From IMG/VR virus record IMGVR_UViG_3300025617_000031, positions 1 through 53,855 of that record: a stretch of DNA of 53,855 bases, one strand, 5' to 3'. The position numbers and the translations under genes are program-made. Under the pieces are notes generated by a model that saw nothing but the letters and a program-made list of their open reading frames with translations, was not told where the DNA came from and made no database searches. Each line of letters starts with the position of its first letter. Within the stretch, counting starts at the first letter, position 1. This document shows positions 1 through 9,662 of the stretch, one piece after another. The DNA comes from a virus. Its lineage: Duplodnaviria > Caudoviricetes.

Positions 1-1
1 A

Positions 2-2776
2 ACGACCAGTCGCAAGGTCAGGACCGACAGGCAAATAACCACTCGACAAATCTTCATCAAAGTGTGATAATGAACCATAACGAACGATTGCTTCGTCGGT
101 TCCTGCAACAGGAACTATGCCGTTCCATATATTGTTAACATAGTAATCTGTAGTATTGCTATAAGAAGGATTAGCACCAGTGAATCCAGTGATGCGAACA
201 CCATCACTCGTGTAGACGAATCCAAGATTATCGGAAACAGGTATAGCAGATTCGTTAATCACATCATTGCCAGTGAATGCTTGGATAATTGGTGAGGTGA
301 TTGTTTCGTTGTCATTTCCATTAACATTTTCAGCAGTAAAGGATATAGTGCCAGTAGAGTCAGCAGAACTAATGGATACAGTAATATCGTTTAGTGTAAC
401 GATGGAAATGTTTGCATTAGGTATCCCACTAGTTAAATTTCCTGCGGGCAATGCTTGAGTGTATGTATAAGATTGATTGTTTAAAACAGTTCCACTTACA
501 GTAAAAGGAGAACTGTCATTCTTATATGTTTGTCCTGTCAAGTCATTGACAACAATACCAGAAACTGTTAGAGTATCCCCACTGTCATAATATGGAACAC
601 CCGAGATATAGTTATAACTTACAGAACCTTCTGCTACAGTTGCACCGGAAACATCGACAGTTGGTGGGGTAGTCATGTCATCATAGACATAATATAATTC
701 ATTAGAATTTCCTTCGGTTGTAGACAATTCTGCTTTGTTTACACCGACCGATCCTGAAGTGATGTCATGAGAAATTCTTGCCTTGGTTCCCGTCTCATAT
801 AAATTTGGTGCATAGATTCTATTCACTGCACTGACAGATTGTCCACTTGAATTTAAATTGTAGTAGTCAACATCCGATTCATCGACAGTCGGTGTACCTG
901 TAGTGGTATCATTAATATGTTGTGATACACTTCCGGTTGTATGGAAGTATGTACTCATAGCAGACGATGAGATAGTGCCTGTTGTGTATCTGTTAACAGT
1001 ATCTCCTGCGGAAAGTCCAGTTGCATTTTCGACAAAACCTGCCGTTAGTTTAGGTGCCGATCCAACTGATGTTGTTGCCCACGCAATAGTCTTGCTTGTG
1101 ATATCATTCGGTGCTGAGATCGCAAGATCAAATACTTTAATTGACTCTGTTGCAGTCAACGGAAAGATCGATGGGTCTGCGGTTTCATGATTGACCATTG
1201 TAAGAGTAATGGTGTTACGACCCGTACCTGTTGAAGTGTTATACACATGCGGCAAACGATCTCCATCAACCCCGCCTTCAACCGTATTATTTGCATTAAC
1301 AATTGAACCGTCCCCCCAATTAATAGTGTATTCAGCATCAATACCAGTAGAATTATTAGTATTATTATCAAAATAAACAGTTTGCCCTGTGTTTGCTTCC
1401 GTGATCGCACTACCCCCTGTTTCAATATTGAAAATATTGAAAGAGGGCACGGGATCAGCAGTGTAAATAATAATATATTCAGTACGAGTAAATGATGCAC
1501 TCGATTGCGCACCATATCCATCGGTGTTTCGTGCAGTAACTGCTACTGTATAGGGTGAACCTGAGTTGTCTGTGTATGTATGTGAAGGTGACGAGTTAGA
1601 TGTTGTGTCGACAGTTCCGTCTCCCCAGTCGATTACGTATTGATTTGGTGTCCCAGTGATCGTAAATGTAAGTGTCACCTCTGTTCCGATACCACCTGAA
1701 GATGGATCTGCAATAAATGAAACATTACGAACATAAGTGCCATTGTGAACATTTAACATTGCTTCGTTCAGTTTATCAAGTGCGTCGTAAATTGTTGTAT
1801 TTGCTTCGATATCAGTTACCGCACCGTCTTGAATATTTTGATCTGTACCCATAACCAGACCGTTTGCAGTGAATACAAGATTGTCAATCGTATTTGCAAG
1901 TGATGCATTTACTGCCGCAATTTCACTATTAATAGTGACAAATTCTGCATCAACATATGCCTTATTAACTGCATCTTTATCGTTGATAGGGGGTGACAGA
2001 TTTGTTACGGTGTTCGCATAAACTGCCCTGTAGATACTGAGTGTCGATCCCAAATCATATGAGTCCGAATCGGTAGGAACAATGCTTGTATTGACTGTTG
2101 CTCCAAGTGAAATAACGTCCCCACCATCACCAAACTGTAATGAATCACCTCTGAGGATGATGTCACCGTTAACTTGAAGGTTTGAGTTTACATAGACATT
2201 GTTCGCATAGATATCACCATTACTTGCATTAATTATATTATTTTCAATGGTAATCAGATTTTCATTGTTACCAATATATGCCGCATTAAGGTTTGCAACA
2301 CCATCAACAAAAAGGTTAAAAATGTCTGCTTGTTCTGCAGTAATTGTTGAAAGTGAACCGATGAATGTGTTTGTCTGCGCATCGAATAGGTCAATCGATC
2401 CGTTGCCCGCATCTGAAATTGCGAGGTTACCCATGTATAGGGTCTCACCTGCAAGATATAAAGATCGGAATGGAGTGTCCGGTGTACCTAAGTCAAATGT
2501 TCCTTCTTCGTTGGGAACAATTGTACCTTCTACTTTATACTGGAAATCTTCATTAAGTTGAATAAAACCAGTGGACAGTCTGAAGGTTTGGGTGTCTGCT
2601 TCATACCGTAAAAGAGATCCATCCTTTAAAGCGTCAACATCCATGATGACATCATTGAGAGTCTTGATCTCTTTCTTGTCAGCAGGTTGGTTTTTTAGGG
2701 TGATCTTTTGTTGTGGATCTTCGAACTCGACAGAGAGTTTATTCTTTTTGCCCATCTTGATGTCAAAATCAGACAT
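2..2776 (-). CDS. Large virion structural/tail-fibre-like protein with two PKD-like domains (3' end outside window, >=925 aa)
   Basis: Not in the ORF track because it has no stop in the window. Manual translation from ATG at 2776 (SD GGAG upstream) gives MSDFDIKMGKKNKLSVEF..., open to the window edge. It contains IVPxxxxxF/YDLG fibre motifs, DAVNKAYVD, and PKD-type YVIDWGDG..SPSHTY and YTINWGDG..LPHVY motifs. Confidence 0.8.
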   Translation of the reverse strand, partial: MSDFDIKMGKKNKLSVEFEDPQQKITLKNQPADKKEIKTLNDVIMDVDALKDGSLLRYEADTQTFRLSTGFIQLNEDFQYKVEGTIVPNEEGTFDLGTPDTPFRSLYLAGETLYMGNLAISDAGNGSIDLFDAQTNTFIGSLSTITAEQADIFNLFVDGVANLNAAYIGNNENLITIENNIINASNGDIYANNVYVNSNLQVNGDIILRGDSLQFGDGGDVISLGATVNTSIVPTDSDSYDLGSTLSIYRAVYANTVTNLSPPINDKDAVNKAYVDAEFVTINSEIAAVNASLANTIDNLVFTANGLVMGTDQNIQDGAVTDIEANTTIYDALDKLNEAMLNVHNGTYVRNVSFIADPSSGGIGTEVTLTFTITGTPNQYVIDWGDGTVDTTSNSSPSHTYTDNSGSPYTVAVTARNTDGYGAQSSASFTRTEYIIIYTADPVPSFNIFNIETGGSAITEANTGQTVYFDNNTNNSTGIDAEYTINWGDGSIVNANNTVEGGVDGDRLPHVYNTSTGTGRNTITLTMVNHETADPSIFPLTATESIKVFDLAISAPNDITSKTIAWATTSVGSAPKLTAGFVENATGLSAGDTVNRYTTGTISSSAMSTYFHTTGSVSQHINDTTTGTPTVDESDVDYYNLNSSGQSVSAVNRIYAPNLYETGTKARISHDITSGSVGVNKAELSTTEGNSNELYYVYDDMTTPPTVDVSGATVAEGSVSYNYISGVPYYDSGDTLTVSGIVVNDLTGQTYKNDSSPFTVSGTVLNNQSYTYTQALPAGNLTSGIPNANISIVTLNDITVSISSADSTGTISFTAENVNGNDNETITSPIIQAFTGNDVINESAIPVSDNLGFVYTSDGVRITGFTGANPSYSNTTDYYVNNIWNGIVPVAGTDEAIVRYGSLSHFDEDLSSGYLPVGPDLATGR

Positions 2777-2786
2777 GTAAACTCCC

Positions 2787-3125
2787 TTAAGATGTAGTAA
2801 CTTGCGGTGTAACCGTGACGATACCTTCTACAAGTCTTGAACGAAAATTTGATGAGTCTGTAATCTCTACATCATAAACATATCGACCGGGTTCCATTGC
2901 CTCGGTTTGTGCTCTTGTCAAGGACAGTGTTAGTTGTCCAGCGGATCGAGGAGTTTCAAATGACATTGTAAAATCAATTGAGGTGAGAGAGGTGTAATGT
3001 TTTTTAATTGAACCAGATGCAGTATATCCAGTTAAATCTGTTACAGCACCATCATCCCCCCGAACCGTGATCGTAGTTTGAAAATCTGCACCCTGATCAA
3101 GTACAATGTTTGCCTTCGCTGCCAT
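2787..3125 (-). CDS. Small virion structural protein (Ig-like) typical of marine T4-like phages
   Basis: MAAKANIVLDQGADF...GRYVYDVEI...RLVEGIVTVTPQVT pattern; located between fibre genes. Confidence 0.75.
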   Translation of the reverse strand: MAAKANIVLDQGADFQTTITVRGDDGAVTDLTGYTASGSIKKHYTSLTSIDFTMSFETPRSAGQLTLSLTRAQTEAMEPGRYVYDVEITDSSNFRSRLVEGIVTVTPQVTTS

Positions 3126-3146
3126 GTCGTGTCCTCAACTTATACT

Positions 3147-6100
3147 CTATTTATTCTTTTTGAGTTCATCGATTTCTGCAGAAAGTTCTTTAACTGCTTC
3201 AATCAACACTGACACGAGTCTTTCATATTTGACTGCCTTAGTACCATCATCTCGTTCTGCAACGATTTCAGGGAAGACTTGTTCCACATCTTGTGCAATG
3301 ACACCAATATCATGCTTACGAACAAATGTGCCATCCTCACCACCTCTTCTTTCAATGTACTCATCCTTCCAATCATAAGTAACACCATTGATCGACTTAA
3401 CTTTATCCAAAGCATTTTCGATGGGTTGAATGTTTTCTTTGAGTGTGCGATCAGATGCGGCAAATGCAGTGATATCATTTGTTGCTCTAATTTCACCAAT
3501 GATTCCACTTCCAATGATTCCCACTCCAAGTGATCCAGTGCTAATTGTTCCATCTGTATCAACTTGAACAGTTAGGGTTTTGTTTTCACCACCGGGTGCC
3601 GATGCAACTGTTTCTAGTCCATTTGATCCAACAACAGACCAAATAGTATTACCATTAATAATAATTGTAGATTCATCTTGGTCTCTGATAGTTAAATCAG
3701 TGAAATCTGGAGGGGAATCTGCAATTTGTGAATAGTTAATTGAACCACGCAAATAGTCTGCTCTGACAGTTCCACTTACATCGAAATCGACACCCGGATC
3801 AGATTTACCAATACCAATTCTGTTTAACCCAGAATCCATAAAAAACATGAATTCTTTTCCATCCGAACTAATTTGAACATTACGGTCAAGTCCCTGAGCA
3901 TTAATTTTGTATGCTTCACCGGATGCTTCTAAAATAGTTTCATTAGTTTCATTTCGAGTTAGGTATAGGGTTGATGTGGAATCATATGTCCCATATGTCC
4001 CTGCTTTAATTGGGAGCTGTGTAACATTTCCCAGTCCTAAAACTTCATTTAATGTGTTGTTTAGTCCACCAAGGTTTACTTGAACATCTGTGCCACCACG
4101 ACTTAATGTTAGAACATCAGTTGAAGAATTGAAAGCAGAACCCGTGAAATAAGCATTTAAATCTGTTGCAACTTCTAGAGTCTTCGTTAAGACATCGAAA
4201 CTTGTTACCGTTCCTCCGGTGCCAGTAAATGTGATATCTCCTGAACCATTTGTAATACCATCTCCAATATTGGTAATCGTATCCGTTCCAGTAATCGTAA
4301 GGGTATTATTATCATTTGCCGTAATTTCAATGTTGTTGCCCTCACGCAATTCCATTGCATAGTTCTGATTTAGAGTGCCATCAATATATTCTGTGATATT
4401 AAAGTTAACACCCGCACCACCACTTATCCCACTAAATGAAGGAGTATAAGTTGTATCAGGAACATCAGTTGTGAATAGAACATTTGCATAATTTTCACCA
4501 TCGTTAGTAAATTGCCATCTATCGATAGTTTCATTCCAACGGATACTTACATCATTTTCAAACCCTCGATCAACCGTGATTCCTGCATCCAGAGTAGGCA
4601 ACCCTTGTCCTGATGCAATAGTTATAAATGGATCTTCTACTGAAAGATCCGTTGCTTCGATTGTTACCGTGTTACCTGCAACAGTCAAGTTTCCATCGAT
4701 AATAGTATTTCCACTAACCCTTGCAAAACCAGATACAAGCAAATTATTATCCACGGTTAGATCATTTTGAATTCTAACGTCTGAAGGAAGTCCAATTGTT
4801 ACCACACCTGCATCACGAGAAACCTCGATTTCTTGATACGTATCACTTATGCCGATTACCGCACCTTCTTCAGCAGATGCTAGTGTAACCACACCAGAGG
4901 CATCCACAGAAAATTGATCTGCAGAAAAGGATGCGACACCTCTGGATGTTGTTGTAGCACGAGCGATTGAAACGTCTTTATTTTGACCACTATGGGTATT
5001 AATTCTCAGTCTGTCATTTGTGGCATCATACTCTAATGTATCCACCGTATCGGGTGTCACTGTAGAGATGCTAGTAATCAAACCCTTATCATTAACAGAC
5101 AATGTGGGGATTGCAATCGTATTGCCATAATTATTTGGATTAATTGCTTCAATTGTGCTCAATAATGAATTTGGTAAAGAGTTCGCAGTGATCGTAGCAG
5201 TATATGTTACATTATTTTTCCCTACAATATTGAATATTCCTGCTCCGGAATATTCAAAAGCAGAAATAGCATTTACCACCACTTCTGAAATGTTTGTAAT
5301 TGCTCCTTGTCTGTTAACAGTGAACACAGGAATATTTGAAGTGTTTCCATATTCTTTGGCATCGAAAGAATCAATCAAGTATTCCATTTTACTGTAAGAA
5401 ATTGAACTATTTTCAATTGCATTATTCGAATGTATTTTACCATTTGATGAGATGATAATTTTTTCTGCTTCTTGTTGATTGTTCCATCTCAAACCATCAC
5501 TGAAGACATATGTGTTAGCATACACATTATCCCAGTATTTTCCTAGTCCTGTTCGTCCGAGGTTAAACCCGTTTGTTTTAGGTACAATATGACCATCTAC
5601 CAACGCATTGAATATAACAGTATTAGAATCCCCTATACCAAGTCTTGTGTCACCACGAGAGTCTAGTAAGTTACGGAATACACCATTTGCTTGAGAGATA
5701 ACAACATTTGAAGGCAGTTCGATATCTCCGTAAAATGAAGTTGTGCCAGTGATCTGCACGTCACCATCAATAACAACATTAGATGAAAAATATGAGTTCG
5801 AATAAAACTGCGCATGGAAATCAGGATTTTGCAGTCCAACTAGTTTAGTTTCAACGTCCGTTACAACAAGTCGATTGAACTGTGCAATACCTTTAGTTTG
5901 CTGATCGATAAAGTGTCCATAAGATCCCATTGTCGTGTTACCCGCAAGAGTAACTACATCATCAAAAACGACATTACTTACAACTGAACCTGCAACGTTT
6001 AAATTTTGAACAGTTGCGTCAATCAAATATGCATTTGCAAACTTGCCTTCAGTGGTGATTAAATCTGTATCAGAATCACCTAACTGAATTTGTCCACCAA

Positions 6101-8249
6101 CCGTAACTGTTCCGGAAATATTAACATCTCCAGACACAGACAAATTATCTTCCATTACAACATTAGCATTAAATGTGGTGGTGTTTGAAATTTCTACTGT
6201 TCCTGTAACAGTCGTATTCCCGACGAAAATTTCATTTGCAATGAAGTCTTTTTGAGAAATCAAATCTCCACGAGTAATGATTCTTCCCTTAACTTCTGAC
6301 TGTCCCATAACGGTCATGTTTGCATTTACTGTTGTGTTGGCACCAAAAAAGGGAACAGTTTTCGACGACAGATTAAAACGTCCGTCGACGACTGTGTTGC
6401 CTTGGAGTACTACGGGTCCGTCAGAAGTAAATCCTCCTACTACCCCCTCGATTGCTAGTCTTCCGTGAACAGTTTCATTTGTAACTGAGAGGTCATCAAC
6501 ATGAGCATTCGCAAACGATCCCTTAGTTGTAATTGTATTTCCAGACGAACCTAAGTTAATGTCAGAATTAATGGATACTAATCCATTTAAGTTTGTTACA
6601 CCATCAACATTGAGTGTGCCATCGGATCCGATATGCGCACCGGAAGTCGTATTGATACTATTTGCAAACATGTTTTTAGCATTGATATTGCTAGTAACAT
6701 TTAAATCATGGTTCACGTTTACGTTGTCAATATACGCAGATGCCCATGCCCTAGTTCCAGTACCAATGTTGTACTGTGATCCAACTTTGGGTGTAAAGTT
6801 TGATGCGACACCCTGACCACTAAGTGTGCCTAAAGAGAGTTCGTCAATTTCTGCTCTACCATCAATAAACAAATTTCTCCATTCAGCACCTTGTGCACCC
6901 AGATCATATTGATCGTCAGATGTTGGTGTAAATGAAGAAGAAATAGTTGTAGATCCATTAATTAAAATATTATCATTACCATCACCGAGAGTAACGTCAC
7001 CACTTACCGTCATAGATCCAACTATGTCGGTATTCGCACCGACAGTTAAATTATCACCGACAGAAAGATTGGAAGATAATACAGTGTTGCCTACAACACT
7101 TAATGCATCACCAACAGTTAAATAAGATCCTACAGTTAAATAAGATCCTACAGTCGAGTACGATCCAACAGTCGAATGCCCTTCTGTAGAACTATTTCCA
7201 CTGACACTAATGTTTTCGGTGATGTCAATATTTCCTAAGACATCTCCAACGACTCGCAAATCTCCGGGTAGTGTAAAATCTGATCCACCTGAATTTAAAT
7301 TGTTACCATTGATGATTAAATGACCGTTACCAGTAATGTTGCCAATTTCTACATTACCAGTAAGACGCATTGCATCAATATCTAAAGTTCCAATTAAAGT
7401 AGAGTTTCCTTTAACTACGATACCTGCGTTGGCTTCAACCGGACCGTTAAACAGAACTTCTTCAGAGTTGCCGTCAACAACCATGATAATTTTATTTTCA
7501 CCATTAACTACAAATGGAACCGCACCACCGTTTTCGTTAAAGAATACCGAACCATCCGTTTTAAAGGTATGAAGAACGGTATTTGCAGAGTTTCTGATTT
7601 CCATCTTCGACAGACCACCAGAGTCTGCCAACTTTAATACAAAATTTGTTTCTTCAAATGTGTCAGTATCTTCTAGATAAACGTATGAAGTATCACCCGT
7701 ACCTGTAATAAACTTAATAGGTGGTGTTGTGTTTGTAGATCCCTCAAATTCAAAATCTTGGTTTATACCGGAAAGAATTAAAGGAAGTGAGTTTGATTGC
7801 AACTCATCGAAATCGGAAAACTGAATGAAAGAGAAATCGAATCGTTCCCCATCCATTTTAATATATTGACCAGTCGTGCCCCCAGTCATGCGAATTCTTG
7901 ATGCGTCTGGAAGGAATAAACGATTAGTACCAGTAATCGTAGTCATATCAACATTACCATTAAATATGGTATTAGATGAAACGGTAAGAAGTGTTGAGTT
8001 AAATTCTGCATTTGAATTAATTTCTAATGGTGCAGAAACAATCGTATTACCACCAGACAATGATGTGGTTCTTAGATCAGATGAAGAAAAAATTCCTTCA
8101 ACATGCCCGTTGCCGACAGTATATCCCCCTAGACCCGAATTTAAAACAGTAATTGCGTTGTTCTTGAGAACAGTCGACGCAAAATTTGTGTTTATTCTCC
8201 AAGTATCTAGGTTATCTCCCAGACCTGTGTTAGAAACATTTACAGTCAT
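3147..8249 (-). CDS. Long tail fibre protein with C-terminal Peptidase S74 intramolecular chaperone
   Basis: 1700 aa, G/N/S/T/V-rich beta-helical repeats; C-terminal ASDRTLKENI...HDIGVIAQDVE..FPE...KAVKYERL..LIEAVKEL is the S74 autocleaving chaperone signature. Confidence 0.9.
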   Translation of the reverse strand: MTVNVSNTGLGDNLDTWRINTNFASTVLKNNAITVLNSGLGGYTVGNGHVEGIFSSSDLRTTSLSGGNTIVSAPLEINSNAEFNSTLLTVSSNTIFNGNVDMTTITGTNRLFLPDASRIRMTGGTTGQYIKMDGERFDFSFIQFSDFDELQSNSLPLILSGINQDFEFEGSTNTTPPIKFITGTGDTSYVYLEDTDTFEETNFVLKLADSGGLSKMEIRNSANTVLHTFKTDGSVFFNENGGAVPFVVNGENKIIMVVDGNSEEVLFNGPVEANAGIVVKGNSTLIGTLDIDAMRLTGNVEIGNITGNGHLIINGNNLNSGGSDFTLPGDLRVVGDVLGNIDITENISVSGNSSTEGHSTVGSYSTVGSYLTVGSYLTVGDALSVVGNTVLSSNLSVGDNLTVGANTDIVGSMTVSGDVTLGDGNDNILINGSTTISSSFTPTSDDQYDLGAQGAEWRNLFIDGRAEIDELSLGTLSGQGVASNFTPKVGSQYNIGTGTRAWASAYIDNVNVNHDLNVTSNINAKNMFANSINTTSGAHIGSDGTLNVDGVTNLNGLVSINSDINLGSSGNTITTKGSFANAHVDDLSVTNETVHGRLAIEGVVGGFTSDGPVVLQGNTVVDGRFNLSSKTVPFFGANTTVNANMTVMGQSEVKGRIITRGDLISQKDFIANEIFVGNTTVTGTVEISNTTTFNANVVMEDNLSVSGDVNISGTVTVGGQIQLGDSDTDLITTEGKFANAYLIDATVQNLNVAGSVVSNVVFDDVVTLAGNTTMGSYGHFIDQQTKGIAQFNRLVVTDVETKLVGLQNPDFHAQFYSNSYFSSNVVIDGDVQITGTTSFYGDIELPSNVVISQANGVFRNLLDSRGDTRLGIGDSNTVIFNALVDGHIVPKTNGFNLGRTGLGKYWDNVYANTYVFSDGLRWNNQQEAEKIIISSNGKIHSNNAIENSSISYSKMEYLIDSFDAKEYGNTSNIPVFTVNRQGAITNISEVVVNAISAFEYSGAGIFNIVGKNNVTYTATITANSLPNSLLSTIEAINPNNYGNTIAIPTLSVNDKGLITSISTVTPDTVDTLEYDATNDRLRINTHSGQNKDVSIARATTTSRGVASFSADQFSVDASGVVTLASAEEGAVIGISDTYQEIEVSRDAGVVTIGLPSDVRIQNDLTVDNNLLVSGFARVSGNTIIDGNLTVAGNTVTIEATDLSVEDPFITIASGQGLPTLDAGITVDRGFENDVSIRWNETIDRWQFTNDGENYANVLFTTDVPDTTYTPSFSGISGGAGVNFNITEYIDGTLNQNYAMELREGNNIEITANDNNTLTITGTDTITNIGDGITNGSGDITFTGTGGTVTSFDVLTKTLEVATDLNAYFTGSAFNSSTDVLTLSRGGTDVQVNLGGLNNTLNEVLGLGNVTQLPIKAGTYGTYDSTSTLYLTRNETNETILEASGEAYKINAQGLDRNVQISSDGKEFMFFMDSGLNRIGIGKSDPGVDFDVSGTVRADYLRGSINYSQIADSPPDFTDLTIRDQDESTIIINGNTIWSVVGSNGLETVASAPGGENKTLTVQVDTDGTISTGSLGVGIIGSGIIGEIRATNDITAFAASDRTLKENIQPIENALDKVKSINGVTYDWKDEYIERRGGEDGTFVRKHDIGVIAQDVEQVFPEIVAERDDGTKAVKYERLVSVLIEAVKELSAEIDELKKNK
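7114..7185. repeat. 18-bp in-frame tandem repeat (2 exact plus 2 diverged units) in the tail fibre gene
   Basis: acagttaaataagatcct x2, acagtcgagtacgatcca, acagtcgaatgcccttct; encodes (E)GHSTV-GSYSTV-GSYLTV-GSYLTV. Confidence 0.85.
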
Positions 8250-8285
8250 TTTTTACCTTCTATACTTAACTGGTACAATATGTTC

Positions 8286-8293
8286 TATTTATA
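8286..8293 (-). promoter_or_regulatory. T4-type late promoter TATAAATA upstream of the tail fibre gene
   Basis: Exact TATAAATA on the - strand in the intergenic gap 36 nt upstream of the ATG at 8249. Confidence 0.8.
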
Positions 8294-8296
8294 TTC

Positions 8297-8803
8297 CTAA
8301 ATCGAGAACATATACTTAAAAGCAATAGTGTAACGAGGTTCCATTACATATAATGCAAACGGTCTAGCACTGTGTAGAACATTTGCGGGGAACACTGAAA
8401 TGCGTCCCGGTTTTGGCATGACTGCTTTGACGAGTTCTTTATCCTCATCATAAAAAACAGTTTCACCACCCCATTCGTAATTATAATTTTTATTTACATA
8501 ATATAAGATGGTTGTGTCAGTTTCATATTTAGAGTCATAGTGAGACTGTGGTGTCTCATTATTCTTTATCTTATTACAATACCATCGATACGGATCACTG
8601 CGTTCTGGTATTAAATGCTTGAAGCAATCTTGCAATTCCAACAGCATAGGATCGTCAAATTTAAAGTCTGTAGAATGTCCTTGCGACAAATGGGTTTCCC
8701 CGATGTCCACCTCCACCCCTTTATATTCAAGAGAATTAACATACTCTTCCAGTCTTTCTTGAAGAACCTCACTCACCAATCCATCATATACGTCGATCAT
8801 CAA
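8297..8803 (-). CDS. 2OG-Fe(II) oxygenase (prolyl-hydroxylase-like)
   Basis: HYD...TILYYVN...WGGETVF...PKPGRISVFP..LH...RYTIAFK: HxD...H triad plus 2OG-binding Arg. Confidence 0.9.
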   Translation of the reverse strand: MMIDVYDGLVSEVLQERLEEYVNSLEYKGVEVDIGETHLSQGHSTDFKFDDPMLLELQDCFKHLIPERSDPYRWYCNKIKNNETPQSHYDSKYETDTTILYYVNKNYNYEWGGETVFYDEDKELVKAVMPKPGRISVFPANVLHSARPFALYVMEPRYTIAFKYMFSI

Positions 8804-9441
8804 TGATCCTTTTTATACATAATATTTTCGTAGTCAAATATACTACGCATCTCTTTAGATGCAAAATTAAATGCAATACTAATTCTTGTAGTGTCACTGG
8901 TATGCGACATCACACCGTGGTTTAACCATGACGGAAAAATCAAAATATCTCCAGTCTGCGGTTTAATTTTAATAACTTCTTGCGCATCGTCACTGTCAAA
9001 AAATATGTCATCATAGTTTGCTTTTAACGGAGTATAAAGCATAATTTCCATATTTTCTTCATCAGGAACCTCGATGTAAAATACTCCCGAGATTATACAT
9101 TCTCTGTGATCATGATACTCTTGATACTGATATTTTGTTTGGTAGTTTAAAAACATATTAGTCATGATCAGTTCATTTGGATCATGCTTCCACCCTCTTT
9201 CAATTGCGTATTCTTTTACTTGAGAAGAGATGTCCATTGCTACAGAATGAAATTGTTTTCTTTTAAAAAGTTGACTGTCGTATGCGTATGTAGACCAGAC
9301 ATGACAATTCCAAGGTAGGTTTGTCATGTCATCTGTTTCTTTTTTCACATCTTCGGCAACCTGCTTTAGATGTGCGACATGTCTTTTATTATCCACAAGT
9401 TTCCCATGGAACACAGGAACATTAAACAAATTTTTAATCAT
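8800..9441 (-). CDS. 2OG-Fe(II) oxygenase-like protein (TIGR02466-type)
   Basis: HDH..ISGVFYI...GDILIFPSWLNHGV...RISIAFN motifs. Confidence 0.88.
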   Translation of the reverse strand: MIKNLFNVPVFHGKLVDNKRHVAHLKQVAEDVKKETDDMTNLPWNCHVWSTYAYDSQLFKRKQFHSVAMDISSQVKEYAIERGWKHDPNELIMTNMFLNYQTKYQYQEYHDHRECIISGVFYIEVPDEENMEIMLYTPLKANYDDIFFDSDDAQEVIKIKPQTGDILIFPSWLNHGVMSHTSDTTRISIAFNFASKEMRSIFDYENIMYKKDH

Positions 9442-9661
9442 CCAACAACCTATCCAATTTATTCAATAACAAATCCATTTTATTTTCAAGTGACTCCACT
9501 CGATTTTCAATACTCTTATTCTTCTTGCGCATTTCTCTTTGTCTTCGATATGCTTCAAGTGCTTCTCTATCAGTATTGATTAATGCCTTTGAGTGTCTAT
9601 CTCTGAGAAGTCTCTCATCATCCTCAATATAAAAATATCCAGTATTTCTTTCGATGGTCAT
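9434..9661 (-). CDS. Small conserved phage protein with C-terminal coiled coil
   Basis: ATG at 9661 directly follows the upstream stop; LRDRHSKALINTD motif; heptad tail VESLENKMDLLLNKLDRLL. Confidence 0.7.
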   Translation of the reverse strand: MTIERNTGYFYIEDDERLLRDRHSKALINTDREALEAYRRQREMRKKNKSIENRVESLENKMDLLLNKLDRLLDD

Positions 9662-9662
9662 A

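Noticed and set aside
267-2780. Short ORFs in the track on both strands
   Set aside because: They are shadows of the single long - strand frame 2776 to <2, which the track omitted because it has no stop in the window
7114-7185. CRISPR-like or DGR repeat
   Set aside because: Contiguous in-frame coding repeats without spacers; no reverse transcriptase or template/variable repeat pair was seen
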